From Candidatus Obscuribacteraceae bacterium (GTDB lineage: Bacteria; Cyanobacteriota; Vampirovibrionia; Obscuribacterales; Obscuribacteraceae), in the NCBI GenBank assembly GCA_044229845.1, contig JBGASG010000021.1:1-35079 (forward strand): a stretch of DNA of 35,079 nt, read 5' to 3'. This document shows positions 1 through 9,405 of this stretch, one piece after another. Numbering within the stretch: the first letter of the stretch is position 1; every line of letters starts with the position of its first letter. Under the pieces are notes generated by a model, which searched no databases, had not been told where the DNA came from, and saw nothing but the letters and a program-made list of their open reading frames with translations. A program made the translations under genes and the position numbers.

Positions 1-1187
1 TTTTCGGTAGCGGCTTGAGATGATTGCAAAAATGTTGCACAGACCTCGCTCTTCTCACCGATCGCCTCGCCCCAACGTGCGGCCAGTTCCTGCAGATCGT
101 CTTCGGGCGACCGGCTGAGCGCACGGCAGAGCCGGTTTTTCAACTGCGCAAAGACGATACTGTACGCCATGTCATAAGCCTTGGCGCGCTGATACGTGTT
201 GGCAAGTCCTTCGATGTACTCGAGGTTGGAAATTTTGCGCACAACCGGCACCGGCACTTTGGCCGAGAACCGCTGCCCGAGGCTGATCAAAACGATCAGA
301 AAAACAATGAACAGCTGCATCACCAAAAGACCGATCGGTCCGCGCGTGATGGCGATGAACAAATTGGTGGCCGCGGAATAGCCGTGCGCGCGCTCGTCAA
401 ACCAGATGTTGCCGTCCTTGGTCGCTACCGACCGCAGCCAGTTGAGCAAAAACTGAAAGTTATCCCAGTTGGACTTTTCTCCAAAACGCAGATTGGAAGC
501 CAGCGTGGGCACCGTACCCACCAGACAGCGTCCGTCGCCATACTTGATCTCGGTCAAGAACGCGCCCTTATCGTCGCTGACCAGTGGCTCTTCGACGCCC
601 GTCAGGCGCTGGTTGGCCGAGATTACCAGGTCGCCGACATGATCGTGGAGTTGCTCCGCTCGATTGTTGGCGTTCAAGTGCATGGGCTGATCGCGTACAT
701 TGATACTGGCATCGGCCGTGTCGATATCCAGAGCCTGCAAGAACTTGCGTCCGGAGCCGAAAGCGAAATAATCCAGATAGACGAGATTGTTTCCCTTGCG
801 CACCCACTTCAAGATTTCTTCCAGCTCGAAAGAAGACGCGGTGTAAATGGGTGCCACCACTATCAGTGTGCCTTTCTTTTCAGTCAAGTCACGATAGGGC
901 ATCTCCCAGATTTCCGGCTTCAGGTGCGAGCGCTTGCAAAGCTCCAGAAAGCCGCTATAGCCGGTTTGACGCTTGTTGAAAGTCGAGGCGTTGAGTGTCA
1001 CTTCCGGTGTCACTGATTCGACTTTGGCACTGAAATCTTTGGATATTGCCGCTATTCCCGTTGCCACCACGCACAGTGCCACAAACTGCCAGGCAATTCT
1101 TATCCAGTCAGCCCGGGTGACGCTGGCGGCGGCGCGCAATTCTGGAGTTTCGTCCAGGGTCTCGAATAACACACCCTTCTTAGCCAT
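1..1187 (-). CDS. DUF4350-domain membrane protein (MoxR-associated operon), 3' end outside the window
   Basis: Not in the ORF track because it has no stop in the window. I translated the 5' and 3' portions of the minus strand by hand. From ATG 1187 (TGATG overlap with the upstream stop) it reads MAKKGVLFETLDETPELRAAASVTRADWIRIAWQFVALCVVATGIAAI...NASTFNKRQTGYSGFLE. The later part reads ...NFQFLLNWL...IWFDERAHGY...GLLVMQLFIVFLIVLISLGQRF...LEYIEGLANTYQRAKA, which fits DUF4350 architecture. The + strand 24..1016 ORF is its antisense shadow. Confidence 0.8.
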   Translation of the reverse strand, partial: MAKKGVLFETLDETPELRAAASVTRADWIRIAWQFVALCVVATGIAAISKDFSAKVESVTPEVTLNASTFNKRQTGYSGFLELCKRSHLKPEIWEMPYRDLTEKKGTLIVVAPIYTASSFELEEILKWVRKGNNLVYLDYFAFGSGRKFLQALDIDTADASINVRDQPMHLNANNRAEQLHDHVGDLVISANQRLTGVEEPLVSDDKGAFLTEIKYGDGRCLVGTVPTLASNLRFGEKSNWDNFQFLLNWLRSVATKDGNIWFDERAHGYSAATNLFIAITRGPIGLLVMQLFIVFLIVLISLGQRFSAKVPVPVVRKISNLEYIEGLANTYQRAKAYDMAYSIVFAQLKNRLCRALSRSPEDDLQELAARWGEAIGEKSEVCATFLQSSQAATE

Positions 1188-1846
1188 CAGGCAGCAGCCT
1201 CCGGCGGGGGTGCGGCCGCCCGGGCCTTTTCTTCCAGATCGGCAATGATAGCCAGGCAGCTCTTGTAATCAGCCGACTCCGCTCTTTTGTTGCCGAACCA
1301 GACAAGCTCGACGATATCGGCGACCGAGATGAAGCCCTGACAGATCTGTGGATGCTTGGAGAGCAGATAGCGATACTCGTAATTGGTTTTCGCCGGCGCA
1401 AAGATGGCGATCTTGTTTTCGTCGAATACCTGCAAAAGCGACAGGTAGAGCGCCCGACAGGCGCCGCGGTAGTCGCCTTGCTTAGCCAGTTTTTCTGCTT
1501 CTTCCTTCCAGCCGGAAGCATTCAAGATCTGCTCCACATCGAGGGCACCGCGTTTTTTCAGCGATAGCGCCATCTGCTTCAAACGCACGCGGCGAAACAA
1601 CACATAGATAAGTACGACTACGGCGATGGCGCCGAGAACGTACAGCAGGTATTGCAGCGAACTGCTAATGCCGCGACTGTCAGTGGTTTGTGGAATGCTG
1701 ACGTTCATGCTATGCAGCCAATCCAAAATTGCCTGGATGATCTGCGAGAGCAAATCTTGAATGTTGCCGACAGCCTCCGGCTGCTTAGGATAGATATATT
1801 TGTTTGCCACGTCGGCAATCACCGGCGTCGCATCGGGATAGCTCAT
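1187..1846 (-). CDS. DUF4129-domain membrane protein
   Basis: One TM helix followed by 'AEKLAKQGDYRGACRALYLSLL...TNYEY...ELVWFG', typical of DUF4129. Translationally coupled to both neighbours. Confidence 0.8.
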   Translation of the reverse strand: MSYPDATPVIADVANKYIYPKQPEAVGNIQDLLSQIIQAILDWLHSMNVSIPQTTDSRGISSSLQYLLYVLGAIAVVVLIYVLFRRVRLKQMALSLKKRGALDVEQILNASGWKEEAEKLAKQGDYRGACRALYLSLLQVFDENKIAIFAPAKTNYEYRYLLSKHPQICQGFISVADIVELVWFGNKRAESADYKSCLAIIADLEEKARAAAPPPEAAA

Positions 1847-2832
1847 GTTGGTGCCACCGTCTCCGCGTGCGACATCTTGGTCAGCCGGCGGACGATGTCC
1901 AACCCTTCTCTGCGCAGCCGCACATCAAAGTAATAGTAACCGAAGGAAAGAAACATGATCGGGCGCAGCAGCATACCGGTGAGCGCCTCCCAGACCTGGT
2001 CGACAGCCAGGATGTAGAGCGGCACTTGATACGTCTCGGCGTTGGCGGTGCTGACCCCGGCGCGGAAATAGTCGGCCAGAGAAAGTGCCACTACCGGCAG
2101 TGCAAGCGGCGAGTAGAGAGCCATCATCACACAGGTAAGCACTATGCCAAAACCGAGGCTTCTCCAGAAATTGCTGAACGTCAGGCGGAACGCACGCCCC
2201 ATAATGGTGAAGAAGGGGACATCTTCGCAGGCCATGCACGAGAAACCGACCATCACCACCATGAAGGAAAGTCCGGCGGTGAGCGCCACGCCCAACAGCC
2301 AGACGGTAAACCCGATCAGCGATACCAAGCCCAATGCCGTCGGATGATCTTTGAGCAAGCCGACGAATACGCCCACAAAACCCAGCTGGATAAACCATAA
2401 GCCGAAGATGCAACTAAAAATCATGGCCGTGAAGATGTACAACCCGACCAGGACCCACTTTTTATTCCAGAGATTTTGATCGGCCGTTTTCCAGTCCGGC
2501 GAGAAGCCGAGGAACAGCCTGACAAGAGCCAGTTGGCGCAGCGTGACAATCCAGCTGCCAATCGTCGCGACCACCCAACCCACGAAAAACACCAGCGCCA
2601 GAACAATCCCGTACACCCAATTGCTCGTCTTGGCCACATCCACGACACCATAGGACAGGGTGTACTGAATCGCGAAAGAACCAGCCATGAGGAAGATGCT
2701 GGGCATGATCAGAGCTTTGAAAATCAGAGGCACGTTGGTGCGGAACACGCGCACGGCTCTGCCGATGATGTCGCCCACGGACTGCGGGTTTTCTGGGGTG
2801 CCTGCTAATGCCTGAGTGCCGGACAGTGCCAT
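1843..2832 (-). CDS. Multi-pass membrane protein (GDPD membrane-domain-like family that precedes DUF4129)
   Basis: 'PQSVGDIIGRAVRVFR' N-terminus, about 6 TM segments and C-terminal 'YYFDVRLRREGLDI' motif. Confidence 0.75.
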   Translation of the reverse strand: MALSGTQALAGTPENPQSVGDIIGRAVRVFRTNVPLIFKALIMPSIFLMAGSFAIQYTLSYGVVDVAKTSNWVYGIVLALVFFVGWVVATIGSWIVTLRQLALVRLFLGFSPDWKTADQNLWNKKWVLVGLYIFTAMIFSCIFGLWFIQLGFVGVFVGLLKDHPTALGLVSLIGFTVWLLGVALTAGLSFMVVMVGFSCMACEDVPFFTIMGRAFRLTFSNFWRSLGFGIVLTCVMMALYSPLALPVVALSLADYFRAGVSTANAETYQVPLYILAVDQVWEALTGMLLRPIMFLSFGYYYFDVRLRREGLDIVRRLTKMSHAETVAPT

Positions 2833-2975
2833 TTTGGTGTCTTTCGAGAACTTCGGTCGGGGTCTGTTGTAACGTGGGCTAAATAGTCGTTCGCTTTATA
2901 GTTCCACGAAAGTGATTGTAGGTAAACTGACGTCTTCTATTGTATTGAGGCGGCCGCCCCGCGAAGATCCCACTT

Positions 2976-3539
2976 GTGCGTGCTCGACATCCCTACCCGC
3001 ATCATTTCACCGCCAGTGGTATTGTGCTCCACAACGACCATGTGTTGCTGGTTTTTCACAAGCGCCTGCAGTCCTGGGTGCCGCCGGGCGGACACGTAGA
3101 AGCGCATGAGGTGCCGGAAGAAACCTGCGTGCGGGAGATTTTGGAAGAAACCGGCGTGGCGGTGGAGATTGTCAGCGTCGAACCCGCCACACAGGCAAGC
3201 ACAGAGCCTGCCAGGAACGCCGACATCGAAGCATTTTTCCTCTTGCAGCCGGCTTACATCCAATGCGTCACCGCCCATGAAAAGGGGGGCGATTTCTACC
3301 ATGTCGACCTGGCGTACGCATGCTTGCCGGCGGGTTATGAGAATCGGTCGGATTTGCCGCCTCTGCGCACCAACAAAGAAGTCGAAGATGTGCGCTGGGT
3401 GCCTTTATCTGCGCTTGACAAGCTCCCGTTAGCAAAAAATGTTTCAGAAGGTGTTAGCCTCACTCGGGAGGCTCTGCGCCGTGTCCTGGACGGGCGCAGG
3501 GGGGCGCTGACCGCGAAGGAAATTCCCACAAAGATATGA
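2976..3539 (+). CDS. NUDIX hydrolase
   Basis: Nudix box GGHVEAHEVPEETCVREILEETG, preceded by HFTAS...LLVFHKRL. Confidence 0.9.
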   Translation: MRARHPYPHHFTASGIVLHNDHVLLVFHKRLQSWVPPGGHVEAHEVPEETCVREILEETGVAVEIVSVEPATQASTEPARNADIEAFFLLQPAYIQCVTAHEKGGDFYHVDLAYACLPAGYENRSDLPPLRTNKEVEDVRWVPLSALDKLPLAKNVSEGVSLTREALRRVLDGRRGALTAKEIPTKI

Positions 3540-3617
3540 CAAAAGTAGATGTGAAGCGCGGTTTTAGTACAAAACCTGGCATAAAGAAAATGGCGGAGGC
3601 TATCTCAAAGTAACCAC

Positions 3618-6251
3618 ATGCGAACACCGTTAGCGGAAAAACTGACCGGCGTCCGGGATTTCAAGAAAATCCTCGAAACGACCGTCAAAGAACTCGGCGA
3701 AACCTACTCCTGCGAAGTCAGCCAGATCGTGCTCAGCAATCCTCTGGATCGCAACAGCACTTCGATCTGCGAATATCGCAACGACCCGGACGCCGAACCA
3801 AGTGGTGCGCCGCATCACACGTTCCCGCTGCACCTGCAAGGCGGCGGCCTGTGCATGGTTTCCTTGCAAAGAGCCAATCCACCGCTCTCCGCCGACGAAA
3901 TCAACTACATCACGGTGACACTCAACGAGCTGGCCACCATCATTCGTCATGCTCAAATCAACGACATCGTCCAGCGAGACACTTTCCGCGAGACGTTTCT
4001 CGTAGAAATCAACAACTTCATGAACTATTCGCTGGGCATCGGCGATGCATTGTTCATGGTGGTGAATATTCTCGGCGAAGCGGTCAAGTCCAGCCGCTGC
4101 CTCTTCATCTGCGTAGACGATTCGCAGTCCGACTGGAAGTGCTACGAATACTGGCAGCAAGGACGCGTTAAGTCTTCTCAGGACTATGGCTGGCCGACCA
4201 CTGACTCCGCCATAGTGGCGCGCAGTCTGCTCGCTCGCACACCGGTCATCGTTTACGAAGGTGCGCAAAACAGCCATTTGACGCCGGTTCAGGAAGAACT
4301 GGCCCTGCTCGATGCTCGTTCGCTGCTGGCGGTGCCCTTGCGTTCCGACAACGCCACCCACGGCTGCGTAATTGTTCAGCAGTGCGATTCACGTCGCGCC
4401 TGGACGCGCCAGGAAGTTGATTTGATCCAGCGCGTCGCCGACACGGTGGCCGATGCCCTGGCAAAACTGCCGGAAGAGAAAAAGGCGCGCGAACCGATCA
4501 TGCGCCTCCACCAGCGCACGGTCAGCGAAGGAACCGACGGCGACAAGAAAGAAAGCATTCAGTCTGTGCGGCGTGCGCTCAAAGGCGCACTGGGAGCACA
4601 AGCTATCCCGACAGCCCAGAAGACGGGGCAGCACACCAAGCCGTCGCTGCCGCCGGCAGCGGTCATGCCTGCACCGGCAGCCCCGCCACCGCCTCCCACG
4701 CCCACACCTGCCGCACCAGCTGCTGTTCAAACGCCCGCGCAGCAAGACTTTGCGCCCGCACAGTCATCCGCAGCTCCGCCACCAGCCGCGACACCAGGTG
4801 TACCGGCACAAGGCGCCAGCTTCGAGGGTGAAACAGTCTCACCCGACCAGGGACTGAACGCCTTGCTGGGAGCCGTGCGCGGACTTGGTTCTCCAGTGGA
4901 TGCAGCGCCCGACGCGCCGCCGATTTTCGATCTGGTACCGGGAGCTGACACCGCATCTGGTGCGGCGCCGGCTGCCGAGACACCGCCAGCGCCGGTTGCC
5001 CAGCCACCGGCAGCACCGGTAGCAGAGACACCGCCAGCGCCGGCGCCTCAGCCCGAGACGCCTACGGCTCAACCAGCGCCGGACGCGACAACAGCCGCCA
5101 CCGAGACCGGCAGCAGCAAGTGGGGCAATTTAGACGCTATCGGCACGCCTGCTCAGGGCGCAACGCCCGCCCCCGCGGCACCAGCAGCAGATTTGAAGAG
5201 CCAGCTCGACTCCATACCCGCTCCCGGCGGCTCAGGCAGCGCCGACGCAACGGCCGCACCAGCTGCGGCTGCCGGTGAGAGCAAGTGGGGCAATTTAGAC
5301 GCCATCGGCACACCGGCCGCCGGCAACGGCACCGCCGGCGACACCGCCGCGCCGGCCGCTCCAGCGGCTCCCGTCGACGACGGCAAGTGGGGCAATCTCG
5401 ACAACATTCCCACGCCGGCCTCAGCATCAGGCGGCGGACTCCTCGGCTCCATGCGCGGCGGCGCCAGAGCCGCCAAATCAGGTGGTCCGAGCGCATTAGC
5501 GGCATCGTTCCACAAAGACAAATCTCGCTTTCAACAGCCGGTGCAAGTCGTCGACGGACCCCCGATTCAGATCGACGATCAGCAAGCAAAACAAAAGATT
5601 GAGCAAGTGCTGTCCAGCGCCTCAGCCTCCAGCGCCACCAGCGACTACATCTTTTCAATCAAAGGCGTCGGCACTCGCGTCCTGGGCAGAATCGACGCCT
5701 GGGTTTCGCAGGTGGAAGCTAAAGACAAGTATGCGACCAGTCACGCGCTAGCTGTGGCTGAACTGGCCGTTGCCATGGCCAGCATGATGGGCTTGCCCGA
5801 CACTGAGGTCGAAACGATTCGCCTGGCTGCCATCTGCCACGACATCGGCAAGATGGCGATCCCTGGAGCCGTGCTCCAGAAGCCGGAGGAAGAGCTTTCC
5901 GATCAAGAGCTGTTCATGCTCATGAAGCATTCTATTGACGGCATGGAGCTGGTCAAAGGCATGCCTGAATTGCAGCACCTCGCCGAAATCATCCTCTCGC
6001 ACCACGAAGAGTTTGACGGCAACGGTTACCCACAGGGACTGAAAGGCGAAGAGATTCCGCTTGCCGCCCGCATCATCAATATATGTTCGACGTACCACTC
6101 GCTGGCATCGCCGCTGCGCAATCGCCCCGCCCTCTCGGCCCAGGAAGCCCAGCAGGCGCTGCGCGCTGCCGCCGGCAAAGCCTTCGACCCCAGCCTGGTC
6201 GAGTTGCTGCTCGCTGCCGCCAGTCAGGTTCGGGTCGGCGCTGCCAGCTAG
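3618..6251 (+). CDS. GAF-domain + Pro/Ala-rich linker + HD-GYP domain protein (c-di-GMP signalling)
   Basis: GAF signature 'ARSLLAVPL...GCVIVQQCDSRRAWTRQEVDLIQRVAD'. C-terminal 'HDIGK...HHEEFDGNGYPQGLKGEEIPLAARII'. Confidence 0.88.
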   Translation: MRTPLAEKLTGVRDFKKILETTVKELGETYSCEVSQIVLSNPLDRNSTSICEYRNDPDAEPSGAPHHTFPLHLQGGGLCMVSLQRANPPLSADEINYITVTLNELATIIRHAQINDIVQRDTFRETFLVEINNFMNYSLGIGDALFMVVNILGEAVKSSRCLFICVDDSQSDWKCYEYWQQGRVKSSQDYGWPTTDSAIVARSLLARTPVIVYEGAQNSHLTPVQEELALLDARSLLAVPLRSDNATHGCVIVQQCDSRRAWTRQEVDLIQRVADTVADALAKLPEEKKAREPIMRLHQRTVSEGTDGDKKESIQSVRRALKGALGAQAIPTAQKTGQHTKPSLPPAAVMPAPAAPPPPPTPTPAAPAAVQTPAQQDFAPAQSSAAPPPAATPGVPAQGASFEGETVSPDQGLNALLGAVRGLGSPVDAAPDAPPIFDLVPGADTASGAAPAAETPPAPVAQPPAAPVAETPPAPAPQPETPTAQPAPDATTAATETGSSKWGNLDAIGTPAQGATPAPAAPAADLKSQLDSIPAPGGSGSADATAAPAAAAGESKWGNLDAIGTPAAGNGTAGDTAAPAAPAAPVDDGKWGNLDNIPTPASASGGGLLGSMRGGARAAKSGGPSALAASFHKDKSRFQQPVQVVDGPPIQIDDQQAKQKIEQVLSSASASSATSDYIFSIKGVGTRVLGRIDAWVSQVEAKDKYATSHALAVAELAVAMASMMGLPDTEVETIRLAAICHDIGKMAIPGAVLQKPEEELSDQELFMLMKHSIDGMELVKGMPELQHLAEIILSHHEEFDGNGYPQGLKGEEIPLAARIINICSTYHSLASPLRNRPALSAQEAQQALRAAAGKAFDPSLVELLLAAASQVRVGAAS
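5115..5420 (+). repeat. Three intragenic (S/G)KWGNLD(A/N)I(G/P)TPA peptide repeats
   Basis: agcaagtggggcaatttagacgc at 5115 and 5280, ggcaagtggggcaatctcgac at 5382. Confidence 0.85.
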
Positions 6252-6310
6252 CGGGAATCGTGTTGCACCACTCGTGGTGCCCAGAGGGTTCCCCAGAAAC
6301 GCCTCAAGCA

Positions 6311-6340
6311 AGAAGAGGCGACATCGGTGCCGCCTCTTCT
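6311..6340. terminator. Hairpin between convergent genes (probable terminator)
   Basis: agaagaggcg-acatcggtgc-cgcctcttct forms a perfect 10-bp stem between the HD-GYP stop (6251) and the rpsA stop (6370). Confidence 0.65.
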
Positions 6341-6369
6341 AATTTCGTTAGAGCTGTCCGGTTGGTTGT

Positions 6370-7506
6370 CTAGGCGCCGATCAGATCGGCGACATCGATG
6401 CCGCGCAGGCTGAGGCTGATCTTGTGCTCTTTGGGAGCAAACTTCTTGATGATCGCCTTCACTTCCTGTCCGACCTGGACAATTTCTTCCGGTTTGACGT
6501 TCGGCTGTTCGGACATCTCGACCGTAGGCAGGAGTGCGTCCACGCCCGGGTAGATTTGGACGAAAGCGCCGAAACTCTGGATCTTGCGGACGGTACCGGT
6601 GAGAACTTGACCTTCCTGGAACTTGTCTTCGATTTCCTTCCAGGGGTCTGGCTGCATCTGCTTCAAGCTGAGGCTGATGTGACCTTTGTCGCGATCCACT
6701 TTAAGTACTTTGGTGGCGATGACTTGACCGACCTTAAGCACATCGGAAGGATGCGAAACACGTTCCCAGGAAATTTCGGAGATAGGCAGAAGTCCGTCCA
6801 GACCGCCCAGATCGATGAAGGCACCGAAATCGGCGATACGCACCACTTCGCCGGTAACTTGGTTGCCGGCTTCCAGGGTGTTGAGGATCTTCTCGCGTTG
6901 AACGGCTTTCTCTTCTTGCACAGCAAGACGCTGGCTGAGGATCAGCTTGTTGCGCTTGGTGTCGGTTTCCAGAATCTTCATCGGAATTTCCATGCCGATC
7001 AGTTCTTCCGGGGTGGTGCCTTTGACGCGCAACTGGCTGGCCGGAACGAATCCGCGCAAGCCATACACATCCACCACTACGCCACCTTTGACCACAGCAG
7101 AGATTTTGGCTCTGATGGTGTCGTCGTTTTTCTTTTGTTGCTCCAGTTGCACCCAGCCGCGGGCTTGGGCAACTCGCTTGAGAGACAGCGTCAACTGGCC
7201 ATTTTCATTCTCTTCTCGGAGAATGTAGAACTCGAGGCGATCACCTACTTTGACGACTTCGTCGATGGAGTCGACCGGCATGTTAGAGATTTCTTTGACG
7301 GGCACGAAGCCTTCCGATTTACCTCCAACATCGACCAGCACGCCGTCGCGCTCGATGCGGACGACATCACCTGTGACGATGTCACCTTGTTCAAACTTGT
7401 AGTTGAACGACTCCTCCAAAAGTCGCTCGAACTCGCTTTTCGAATTCCCAACTGATTGTTCTGACACTGACGCGTGCTCTCCTTTATTCATTAGTTTTGC
7501 GGCCAT
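6370..7506 (-). CDS. rpsA: 30S ribosomal protein S1 (short, 4 S1 domains)
   Basis: 'GDIVTG...LVDVGGKSEGFVP', 'GLRGFVPASQL', 'DFGAFIDLGGLDGLLPISEISW', 'FGAFVQIYPGVDALL'. The start codon is uncertain. Confidence 0.95.
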   Translation of the reverse strand: MAAKLMNKGEHASVSEQSVGNSKSEFERLLEESFNYKFEQGDIVTGDVVRIERDGVLVDVGGKSEGFVPVKEISNMPVDSIDEVVKVGDRLEFYILREENENGQLTLSLKRVAQARGWVQLEQQKKNDDTIRAKISAVVKGGVVVDVYGLRGFVPASQLRVKGTTPEELIGMEIPMKILETDTKRNKLILSQRLAVQEEKAVQREKILNTLEAGNQVTGEVVRIADFGAFIDLGGLDGLLPISEISWERVSHPSDVLKVGQVIATKVLKVDRDKGHISLSLKQMQPDPWKEIEDKFQEGQVLTGTVRKIQSFGAFVQIYPGVDALLPTVEMSEQPNVKPEEIVQVGQEVKAIIKKFAPKEHKISLSLRGIDVADLIGA

Positions 7507-7949
7507 GAGAAGGGTAGGAACCTCCGACAGGGATAACGGTTCGGGCGAACAACTCGCCCTGTAAGACCACGTGAGACAACCAGTGGTCCAACGGAAACCT
7601 TGTCAAATTCAAAAGCTCAGCCAGTAGAGGCTTAGGAGGCTCCTTACATTCTGACAAGTCGCCTCCAGTAGTTTAGCGCTATGGGGTGCATTCAAACAAT
7701 ACAGGTTGTCTCTAAATTAGATATTCCTTTTACAAACTTGAAAAGCTTGATCTGGTGAGGACTTCCGCAAACGGGCAAAAATCGAGATTTGATACAATTC
7801 GACGCCTCTTGATATCCATAAAGGTAGTTGATCTCTGCTTTTGCCCGTTTTTATATCGACTGCGCTCGCTATTCGATACAAAGGACAACCTGGCAAATAC
7901 CTCATCTTATGATGGTTTTCATAAACAGAGGTGTGTTTTAACAGTCCTC

Positions 7950-7955
7950 TATAAT
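7950..7955 (+). promoter_or_regulatory. Candidate sigma70 -10 element (TATAAT)
   Basis: Perfect TATAAT about 90 nt upstream of ATG 8046, in an AT-rich divergent intergenic region. No clear -35 element. Confidence 0.35.
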
Positions 7956-8045
7956 GCGTGCGGAATGGGTGAGGGCTGGCTTGATCAGCCCATTGGGCAC
8001 GGAAATCCGAAAGGTGCCCGCGACGAGCGTTCAGCGAGGACTGCG

Positions 8046-8564
8046 ATGAGATTGCAAACGAAACTGGCTCTTACTCTGGTTGCCGGCAGCCTGCTGCTGG
8101 GCGGAGTTGGCACCGCATATGGTGCAGAAGACACGGTCATGAAGAAGCCGATCCCGGCTTCATCCTTTGAAATTCAAACCCCCGAACTGCAAAAAGCAGA
8201 TGCCCGCATCGAAGATGCGAAAGGTCAACTGGATCTGGCCCGCAAGCAGCTGCGCGCCTCCCAGGCGCTGCTGAAGGCTGCCGAAGCGGATCTGCGGGCA
8301 GCCGAAAGCGATCGCAAGGCGATTGCCTTGAAGAATCAAGCACACCAGCTGGCAGAAGACGCTCAACTGCAAGTTCCCAACAAGACTCAGATGGCCGCCA
8401 AGCCGCCTAAAGAAGTCACGAGCGAAGCTGCTCCAGCAGCAGCCAGTACGCCGGGAACTCCCTTGCCGGGAGCCGAAGCGCGACCGGCCGTCGATTTCAA
8501 TGCCGAGCCTATGCAGGCTGAGCCCGCGGTTGCGCCACAAGCAGACATTCCGCAACTTCGCTAA
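8046..8564 (+). CDS. Secreted hypothetical protein with coiled coil
   Basis: GAGGA RBS before ATG 8046 (in frame with the 7755 ORF). Signal peptide MRLQTKLALTLVAGSLLLGGVGTAYG, an Ala/Leu heptad helix and a Pro/Ala tail. Confidence 0.75.
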   Translation: MRLQTKLALTLVAGSLLLGGVGTAYGAEDTVMKKPIPASSFEIQTPELQKADARIEDAKGQLDLARKQLRASQALLKAAEADLRAAESDRKAIALKNQAHQLAEDAQLQVPNKTQMAAKPPKEVTSEAAPAAASTPGTPLPGAEARPAVDFNAEPMQAEPAVAPQADIPQLR

Positions 8565-8580
8565 AAGCTCTAAATAGTCC

Positions 8581-8610
8581 AAATGAGGCGGCGAAAGCCG
8601 CCTCATTTTT
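8581..8610. terminator. Bidirectional rho-independent terminator
   Basis: aaatgaggcggc-GAAA-gccgcctcattttt is a perfect stem with a GNRA loop and T tract, between convergent genes. Confidence 0.85.
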
Positions 8611-8667
8611 ATGCCTGCTTCTTTGCAGCAGCCTCTGAGATCTCAACCGATATCGGTTGAGATCTGT

Positions 8668-9405
8668 TTACGATTGTCCGTTCTTCTCGGAAAGTAGAAC
8701 ATCGCAAGCTTTTTGCGCAGCAGCTTGTTCCGCAGCCTTTTTAGAGCGTCCTCCGCCGTTGCCCAGAACCTGGTCGGCAACTGAAACGTCGACGCTGAAG
8801 TACGGGTCGTGCGGCGGACCGGTGACGTTGACTACTGAATACACAGGAATGCCCTGGGCCCGTGACTGGGTGATCTGCTGCAGCTGGGCTTTGTAGTTTT
8901 CTTTAACAGCATCTTTCGACAGGTCAGCGGCATTCTTACAGAAAAATTCGTTGATGAACTTACGCACGTGCGTAAATCCGGAGTCGAGGTAAAGCGCTCC
9001 CAGAGTCGCTTCCATCGCCCGCGCCCGAATGCTCGGCTTGGCGGTGGCACCGCGTCCGAAGCGGATGTAATCATCGAGATCGAGTTGTTTGGCAACCTGC
9101 TCGAGTGTTTTCCCTGACACCAGGACCGAGCGAATCTCAGTCAGGTTGCCCTCATCAAGGCTGGGAAAGTTTTCGTACAGATACTCGCTGACGACGAACT
9201 TGAAAACAGAGTCGCCAAAAAACTCCAGACGCTCGTAATTGTCGAAACCCGGATGATCGGATGAAAACGAGCTGTGCGTCAGCGATTGGTCGAGATAGTC
9301 AAGACGATTGCAGGAGACCCCCATCTTCTTGAGAAGCTTCTCGAGAAGCTCCTTGCGCTGTGGTGGCAAATGCTGGTGCTCGTTTCGGTGTTGTTCGCTG
9401 CCCAT
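8668..9405 (-). CDS. rnc: Ribonuclease III
   Basis: Signature NYERLEFFGDS, 'MEATLGALYLDSG', and C-terminal dsRBD 'NYKAQLQ...GPPHDP...G.SKKAAEQAAA'. Confidence 0.96.
   Translation of the reverse strand: MGSEQHRNEHQHLPPQRKELLEKLLKKMGVSCNRLDYLDQSLTHSSFSSDHPGFDNYERLEFFGDSVFKFVVSEYLYENFPSLDEGNLTEIRSVLVSGKTLEQVAKQLDLDDYIRFGRGATAKPSIRARAMEATLGALYLDSGFTHVRKFINEFFCKNAADLSKDAVKENYKAQLQQITQSRAQGIPVYSVVNVTGPPHDPYFSVDVSVADQVLGNGGGRSKKAAEQAAAQKACDVLLSEKNGQS

Noticed and set aside
24..1016. 330 aa + strand ORF
   Set aside because: Antisense shadow of the minus-strand DUF4350 gene; no recognisable motifs.
6424..7455. 343 aa + strand ORF
   Set aside because: Antisense shadow of rpsA.
7755..8045. N-terminal 97 codons of the 7755..8564 ORF
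   Set aside because: AT-rich promoter-like DNA; the RBS and signal peptide point to ATG 8046.
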